DNA of 64,000 bases from an uncultured Muribaculaceae bacterium (GTDB lineage Bacteria; Bacteroidota; Bacteroidia; Bacteroidales; Muribaculaceae): contig CAZYEO010000001.1 in the NCBI GenBank assembly GCA_964646495.1, positions 383 to 64,382 of the forward strand. The letters are read 5' to 3'. The notes beneath the pieces were generated by a model. That model had not been told where the DNA came from and made no database searches. It saw only the letters and a program-made list of their open reading frames with translations. The translations under genes were made by a program, and so were the position numbers. This document shows, one piece after another, positions 58,388 through 64,000 of the stretch (the first letter of the stretch is position 1; each line of letters begins with the position of its first letter).

Positions 58388-59593
58388 ATGAAGACTATTT
58401 TCTCAGAATATTACCCAATAAGCAAAGATGTCATTAATAATGCTTGGGACAAAGGTGTATTTTGCTATGACGCCAATGTTTTATTGAACTTATATAGGTA
58501 CTCCAATGAAACTCGAAATAAAATCTTCGAGAACATTGAATATTTTATAGGCAAAACTATAATGCCATATCAAGCTTGTTATGAGTATCACAAAAATAGA
58601 AGAAGCGTTGAGGATAGTTTATCAAATAGTTACGACGAAATAATAAAGGTTATTGAAAAAACCATTAATTCATTAGAGTCAGGAGACATTACTGGATATA
58701 GAAAACATTGTGCTTTAGATATTTATAAAGATATAATCAAACCAATAAAATTGACAGCAACAAAGGTAATTAAGAAAATTAATGATATAAAAAGTGATCA
58801 TCCTTCATTGCTAAATGCCTCGGAAATACACGAGAAAATCAGCCAACTATTCGATGGTAAAGTCTCAAATAAATTTCTCGAAGATGAACTGAAGAAGATA
58901 TATACGGAAGGCAAGATTAGATATGAAAAGAAGATTCCTCCTGGATTTGCAGACTATGATAACAAAAAGAACAAAGGTGAAAATAGCTTGTACGGAGATT
59001 TGATTATTTGGAAACACCTTATCGAAATAAGCAAGAATAAAAATTCAGATATTATTTTTGTTACAGATGATAGAAAAAAAGATTGGTGGGACATTCACCA
59101 TGGACAAACAAAAGGTGCGCTACCCGAATTATACAGTGAGTTCAAGGAACTTACATCACATAATATTTTAATATATTCGGTAGAGGACTATATGAAATAC
59201 GCTCCAGAACATTCAGAGATTGCAGTCCCTAAGAAAGTTATTAATGAAATTGAGGAGCTTAGAAAGGTTGACGAACGAAGAAAAGCCTATCTTGATTATG
59301 ATTCTCTCTCCAAAATAACGGAATACATAAATAAGCAAAATAGCGTTTGGGAGAATCTTAATAAACAAAATGAGGTTTTCAAAGCATTGAATAACTATAC
59401 TACGTTGACTGATTATTCAAAATCAATCGAAGAGTTCAATAAAACAATACAAAAGATTAACCCCAAGATTGAATATATCGAATTAATTGAAAATATGAAT
59501 AAATTCAATGCCGGTGAAACAATATGGGATAATATAAATTTCAAAAGAAAAAAGGATTTCTTTCATAACGTGGACGAAGATGATAATGAATAA
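58388..59593 (+). CDS. PIN-like domain (DUF4935-type) predicted nuclease with long helical C-terminal region
   Basis: 401 aa. The N-terminal PIN-like beta-strand with Asp is VFCYDANVLLNLY (D28). The conserved acidic cluster is IIFVTDDRKKDWW (D227/D228), after GDLIIWKHLIE. The C-terminal roughly 130 aa are Lys/Glu/Asn-rich and helical. The gene is very AT-rich. Confidence 0.65.
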   Translation: MKTIFSEYYPISKDVINNAWDKGVFCYDANVLLNLYRYSNETRNKIFENIEYFIGKTIMPYQACYEYHKNRRSVEDSLSNSYDEIIKVIEKTINSLESGDITGYRKHCALDIYKDIIKPIKLTATKVIKKINDIKSDHPSLLNASEIHEKISQLFDGKVSNKFLEDELKKIYTEGKIRYEKKIPPGFADYDNKKNKGENSLYGDLIIWKHLIEISKNKNSDIIFVTDDRKKDWWDIHHGQTKGALPELYSEFKELTSHNILIYSVEDYMKYAPEHSEIAVPKKVINEIEELRKVDERRKAYLDYDSLSKITEYINKQNSVWENLNKQNEVFKALNNYTTLTDYSKSIEEFNKTIQKINPKIEYIELIENMNKFNAGETIWDNINFKRKKDFFHNVDEDDNE

Positions 59594-59738
59594 CAAATCA
59601 AGGGCCGGTATAAGGGACGGAAATTTTGTTTATGATTGACATCCTCACGTTCCTGAATGAAAAATGCAAATCATATAATCACTTCAAAATGATTAAAATA
59701 TCAGTCAAATAAAGTCATTTGATTGCAAAAAGGAGCTA

Positions 59739-59838
59739 CCGTCCGCACCGCAGTGGAGAGAGAAGATGGACAACTTTACTTGAAAATAGTAAGTTGTCCA
59801 TCCTTTCTTTGTTTAATCCCTATCGAAATTGAGGATAA
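59739..59838. repeat. Right copy of the perfect 100-bp direct repeat (attR-like), carrying only the last 12 nt of tRNA-Asp
   Basis: It is identical to 56441-56540. It is preceded by non-tRNA sequence (aaggagcta). Confidence 0.95.
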
Positions 59839-60050
59839 GCCTGAAAAATATTAGCTTGAAAGATAATTAATCGCAATAATTTGCAAGATTTTGAATTATT
59901 ACCTGTATATTAGCCGTCCGACATATTTAATCGGTTAATTTGCTTGTTATGAGATTATAAACTGAATAGTTCTGAATACCCATTGCAAGGTTTTCTTGAG
60001 CTATTCAGTTTTGGGTTTTTATTTACGCAAAATATCCTGTATGCTTTGTG

Positions 60051-61157
60051 TTATAATTCGATTTTACTCAATGGTAGATTCCATGCTTTTGCCACTGCCG
60101 GGAATACTACTTTTCCTTCAACGATATTAAGTCCTTGTTCGAGAGCTTTATCCTCTTTGCATGCTTGCCGCCATCCTTTATTGGCTAATTTTATTGCATA
60201 AGGAAGTGTGGCATTGTCGAGTGCTAAAGTAGATGTTTGTGGCACAGCTCCAGGAATATTGGCTACACAATAATGAATCACGCCGTCTATTTCAAATGTT
60301 GGATTTGAATGTGTGGTAGGGTGCGATGTTTCAAAACATCCGCCTTGGTCTATTGCCACATCGACCATTACCGATCCTTTTTGGATGAGTTTCAGCATGT
60401 CTCTTGTGATAAGATGAGGAGCTTTTGCTCCGGGAATGAGTACTGAGCCTACAACTATATCCGTGTCGGGAAGCTCTTCACGTATGTTGTGATCTGATGA
60501 GAATAGGGTTGTTATATTTGGGGGTACAATCTCGGCAATGTATCTGAGTCGAGGCAATGAAATATCTGTGATTACTACGCGAGCTCCCATTCCTGCTGCA
60601 ATAATTGCAGCGTTATAGCCCACTACGCCGGCTCCAAGTACCAAAACTTTGGCAGGTTTCACCCCCGGTACTCCACCGATAAGTTTTCCTTTGCCTCCAT
60701 TTGGTTTTTCGAGAAACATTGCTCCAGCTTGTATTGACATTCGTCCTGCTACTTCACTCATCGGGATAAGCAGCGGTAGGGCGTTGTCGGGGGTGCGCAC
60801 TGTTTCGTATGCCAAGCACACAGCTCCGCTTTTGATCATTGCCTTTGTAAGCTCCTCGTCGGATGCGAAATGGAAGTATGTGAAAATGAGTTGATCTTTT
60901 TTTATCAGATTATATTCCTCTTTAATAGGTTCTTTTACCTTCAGAATCATTTCTGCTGTATCATACACATCTTTTATTGATGGGAGAATTGTTGCTCCTG
61001 CTTTTTCATATTCACTGTCTGTAAAACCACTGTTTTCCCCGGCAGTGTGTTGTACATACACGCAATGACCGTTTCTTACAAGTTCGGCAACACCACTTGG
61101 AGTTGCAGAAACACGATTCTCATTGTTTTTAATCTCTTTGGGAATTCCGATTTTCAT
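60051..61157 (-). CDS. ald: Alanine dehydrogenase
   Basis: 368 aa. It starts MKIGIPKEIKNNENRVSATP and has the NAD motif VLVLGAGVVGYNAA. Length and pattern are typical of Ald. Confidence 0.92.
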   Translation of the reverse strand: MKIGIPKEIKNNENRVSATPSGVAELVRNGHCVYVQHTAGENSGFTDSEYEKAGATILPSIKDVYDTAEMILKVKEPIKEEYNLIKKDQLIFTYFHFASDEELTKAMIKSGAVCLAYETVRTPDNALPLLIPMSEVAGRMSIQAGAMFLEKPNGGKGKLIGGVPGVKPAKVLVLGAGVVGYNAAIIAAGMGARVVITDISLPRLRYIAEIVPPNITTLFSSDHNIREELPDTDIVVGSVLIPGAKAPHLITRDMLKLIQKGSVMVDVAIDQGGCFETSHPTTHSNPTFEIDGVIHYCVANIPGAVPQTSTLALDNATLPYAIKLANKGWRQACKEDKALEQGLNIVEGKVVFPAVAKAWNLPLSKIEL

Positions 61158-61359
61158 GTTTTGGTATATTAAGTTATTGAGTAAGTTTTACAGCCGAAAT
61201 TTACGAAAAGCCACAAAAAACCTGCTATAAATATTGTAAAATATTTTATAAAAAACATTTATATACTAATGGCAATTCTTTATAATAGTGAAAAATGGAC
61301 TAAAAAAGGTCTTTAGAAAATAATATTGTAAAATGTGAATTATATACGCCAGAAATGAG

Positions 61360-61367
61360 TAACTTTG
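61360..61367 (+). promoter_or_regulatory. Bacteroidetes -7 box TAACTTTG upstream of the SulP gene
   Basis: It matches TAnnTTTG 97 nt upstream of the ATG at 61464. Confidence 0.35.
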
Positions 61368-61463
61368 CACCCTTAAAATCGCATAAATCGAAATGCTTCC
61401 TTTTTGTCACATTTCTAAGGGTTTAGCATGTGAATGATAGATTATAAAATACAAAAAAATTAT

Positions 61464-63176
61464 ATGAATTTAGCTTTTGGATTAAATTTTAAACCGAAAA
61501 TCATTTCCGAACTCAAAAATTACAATTTGAGTAAATTTAAGGATGATATTGTAGCCGGTATAGTAGTAGGAATAGTAGCGTTGCCGCTTGCAATCGCATT
61601 TGGTATCGCATCGGGTGTAACCCCGACAGTAGGACTTATAACAGCTATCATTGGTGGCTTTTTAGTATCGGCTCTTGGGGGGAATAGCGTTCAGATCGGT
61701 GGGCCGACGGGTGCATTTATAGTTATTGTTTATAACATAATTCAGAATTATGGCCTCACAGGACTTGCTATCGCTACATTTCTTGCGGGAGTGATACTTA
61801 TTGTATTGGGGGTGTTCAAATTGGGGACTATAATTAAATTTATTCCATATCCTATTGTAGTAGGATTTACAAGCGGTATTGCTGTTACGATTTTTTCAAC
61901 TCAAATAGTGGATTTCTTTGGACTCACAGTTGATAAAGTTCCAAGTGATTTTGTGTCTAAATGGGGTGTGTATTTTGATAACTTCGGTTCGATAAGTTTA
62001 CTCACTACGATAGTTGGAGTATTAACCGTGGGGATAATTGTGTGTACGCCATATATTTCAAAGAAACTACCCGGAGCACTTATTGCAATAATTGTAATGA
62101 CCGGTGCTGTTTATTTTCTCAATGGCATTGAAGGATTGGGGAGTGTAGAGACTATTGGTGATAGATTCGGTTCGTTGCCAAATAATATTCCATCTCCGCA
62201 TAGAATAGGGATTAATATGGAAACAATCAATCTTCTATTGCCTTCAGCTTTCACAATAGCAGTGCTTGGAGCCATAGAGTCATTACTCTCGGCTACAGTG
62301 GCAGATGGTGCTACAGGAAATAGAACCAATTCCAATACAGAGCTTATAGGGCAAGGAGTGGCAAATATGGTAGTTCCATTCTTCGGGGGTATCCCTGTGA
62401 CCGGAGCAATAGCCCGCACTATGACCAATATAAGTAACGGAGGGAAGACCCCCGTAGCCGGTATTATACATGCAATAGTGCTGCTGTTGATATTCCTATT
62501 CCTAATGCCTCTTATTAATTATGTACCTATGGCATGCCTTGCCGGAGTGCTTGTGATGGTAGCATATAATATGAGTGGTTGGCGTACCGTAAAGGGGATA
62601 CTGAAAAATCCTAAGTCGGATATTTCTGTATTGATAGTTACATTTATTCTTACAGTGCTATTCGACCTCACTATTGCTATAGAGATCGGACTACTGCTTG
62701 CTGTGGTATTATTCATACGTCGTGTGATGGAAAATACACAGGTGAAAGTGTTTAGCGATCAGATAGACATCGCCGATGGTACAGATTCTTCGAAGCACGA
62801 AGTGCTCAATGTGGTTAAAGGTGTGGAAATATATGAAATCGACGGACCGTTCTTCTTTGGGGTTGCAACTAAATTTGACGAAGTGATGCGTAGTATGGGT
62901 GAAAAACCGTTGGTGAGAATTATTCGTATGAGAAAAGTCCCTTTTATAGATAGTACAGGGATTCACAATTTGGAAATCCTCATAAAATCATCGAAAAAAG
63001 AGGGTATTCCAGTGGTTCTTTCCGGTGTAAATCCTCATGTTCATAAGGTGCTTAAAAATGCAAAAGTAGAAGAAATGATAGGATCCGACCATATATGCAG
63101 TAATATCACGGCAGCTGTAAAACTTGCCAATTCTTTAGTGGAAAATAAAGAGACATTGAAGCGAGTAAACTGGTAA
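61464..63176 (+). CDS. SulP-family anion permease with C-terminal STAS domain
   Basis: About 570 aa from the ATG at 61464 (an alternative ATG lies at 61434). The SulP signature region is DIVAGIVVGIVALPLAIAFGIASG. The C-terminal STAS is EIDGPFFFG...IIRMRKVPFIDSTG. Confidence 0.9.
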   Translation: MNLAFGLNFKPKIISELKNYNLSKFKDDIVAGIVVGIVALPLAIAFGIASGVTPTVGLITAIIGGFLVSALGGNSVQIGGPTGAFIVIVYNIIQNYGLTGLAIATFLAGVILIVLGVFKLGTIIKFIPYPIVVGFTSGIAVTIFSTQIVDFFGLTVDKVPSDFVSKWGVYFDNFGSISLLTTIVGVLTVGIIVCTPYISKKLPGALIAIIVMTGAVYFLNGIEGLGSVETIGDRFGSLPNNIPSPHRIGINMETINLLLPSAFTIAVLGAIESLLSATVADGATGNRTNSNTELIGQGVANMVVPFFGGIPVTGAIARTMTNISNGGKTPVAGIIHAIVLLLIFLFLMPLINYVPMACLAGVLVMVAYNMSGWRTVKGILKNPKSDISVLIVTFILTVLFDLTIAIEIGLLLAVVLFIRRVMENTQVKVFSDQIDIADGTDSSKHEVLNVVKGVEIYEIDGPFFFGVATKFDEVMRSMGEKPLVRIIRMRKVPFIDSTGIHNLEILIKSSKKEGIPVVLSGVNPHVHKVLKNAKVEEMIGSDHICSNITAAVKLANSLVENKETLKRVNW

Positions 63177-63199
63177 ATAGATATAAATAAAATATTTAA

Positions 63200-63244
63200 A
63201 CGGCTCGATAAAGGTTAAATAACCTATTGTCGAGTCGTTTTCTT
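63200..63244 (+). terminator. Terminator hairpin after the SulP gene
   Basis: The stem pairs acggctcga (63200-63208) with tcgagtcgt (63230-63238), with one G-U pair. It is followed by TTTTCTTTC. Confidence 0.5.
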
Positions 63245-63284
63245 TCTATATCTTTACGGGGATAAAAATAATACAGGATAATTT

Positions 63285-64000
63285 ATGGATAAGGAACGGA
63301 AATTGATTTTAGTGAGCAACGACGATGGTATTTATTCAAAGGGATTGCTGAGTTTGATAGAATATGTAAAAGATTTTGGAGATGTGATTGTCGTAGCGCC
63401 AAGTTCGGCACAATCAGGTAAGTCGTCAGCAATTACAGTAGAAGAACCTTTGCGAGCAGTGCGAATAGATGATTATATGGGAGCAACCAGATATAAGGTG
63501 AGTGGTACACCCGTAGATTGTGTGAAATTAGCAATGCATACGCTATCTCCACGTCGTCCTGACTTAGTCATTTCGGGTATCAATCATGGTGGAAATACCG
63601 GCATCAGTACCATATATTCCGGCACAATGGGGGCTGCATTTGAGGGTAGCATAGTAGGGATTCCGAGTATAGGGTTTTCATTACTCAATCATAGTAAAGA
63701 TGCCGATTTCAGTGTGTGTGAATCAGTAGTAAAAACAGTGGTGGAAAGAGTGATTGCTAATGGGCTACCTGATGAAATTTGTCTTAATGTGAATATACCT
63801 AATCTCCCAATCGTGAATGGGCTTAAAGTGGTAGAGGCTGCAAAAAGTAGATGGACTGATGAATTTGACACACGTATAGACCCTCATGGAAAAACATATT
63901 ATTGGCTCACGGGGCATTTCCATAACGAAGAACCTACTAATGAAGGTACAGATTTGTGGGTGCTTGCCAAGGGATATGTAAGCATTGTGCCATGTCGTGT
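63285..64000 (+). CDS. surE: 5'/3'-nucleotidase SurE (C-terminus beyond window end)
   Basis: This ORF is absent from the ORF track because it has no stop. From the ATG at 63285 it reads MDKERKLILVSNDDGIYSKGL...VVAPSSAQSGKS...ISGINHGGNTG...YSGTMGAAFEG, which are canonical SurE motifs. Confidence 0.9.
   Translation, partial: MDKERKLILVSNDDGIYSKGLLSLIEYVKDFGDVIVVAPSSAQSGKSSAITVEEPLRAVRIDDYMGATRYKVSGTPVDCVKLAMHTLSPRRPDLVISGINHGGNTGISTIYSGTMGAAFEGSIVGIPSIGFSLLNHSKDADFSVCESVVKTVVERVIANGLPDEICLNVNIPNLPIVNGLKVVEAAKSRWTDEFDTRIDPHGKTYYWLTGHFHNEEPTNEGTDLWVLAKGYVSIVPCR

Larger units (their letters stand above)
56441..59838. mobile_element. tRNA-Asp-associated genomic islet (3,198-bp cargo between 100-bp direct repeats), no integrase present
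   Basis: Direct repeats include the tRNA 3' end, which is the classical signature of site-specific integration. The cargo is visibly more AT-rich than the flanks. It holds three ORFs and no recombinase. Confidence 0.7.

Noticed and set aside
59940-60030. Long-loop hairpin (aaactgaatag ... ctattcagttt) downstream of ald as a terminator
   Set aside because: The stem is 11 bp but the loop is about 30 nt and orientation is ambiguous. It may be a bidirectional terminator, but support is too weak to list as a feature.

Overview
This is a chromosomal window from a Bacteroidales (Bacteroidota) genome, roughly 40% GC by eye. The assignment rests on TAnnTTTG-type promoter boxes, a SusC/SusD pair and many T9SS C-terminal sorting domains. 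From left to right it holds the following.

- **Left end:** a truncated acyl-CoA ligase, an XRE-cupin regulator and a GH97 alpha-glucosidase.
- **Steroid operon:** a tight four-gene operon (SRD5A-like 5-alpha-reductase, OYE-type flavin reductase, two SDRs) that matches the gut bile-acid 5AR/5BR/3beta-HSDH cluster.
- **Housekeeping block:** topA, a YfhO-family membrane protein, manC, ppiD-like, metK, nhaP-type antiporter, rplU-rpmA and ychF.
- **Envelope genes:** a GT2, a frameshifted T9SS cargo gene, and a TonB-dependent receptor with an AI-2E transporter.
- **Beta-1,3-glucan PUL (23.6 kb):** a Y_Y_Y/LuxR regulator, SusC, SusD, two GH16, GH3, GH128, GH81 and several T9SS-sorted binding proteins. 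It is bracketed exactly by a perfect 43-bp direct repeat.
- **Right end:** asnA, tRNA-Asp, a 3.2-kb AT-rich islet, then ald, a SulP permease and a truncated surE.

The islet has no integrase, is bounded by perfect 100-bp direct repeats that include the tRNA 3' end, and carries a PIN-like nuclease gene and two small envelope proteins. This islet is my best candidate for an undescribed (defence-like) module. The repeat-bracketed PUL cassette and the steroid operon are the next most interesting features.

No CRISPR array, IS element, transposase, integrase or rRNA was seen. All calls come from reading the sequence and ORF track and from remembered family motifs. No searches were run.
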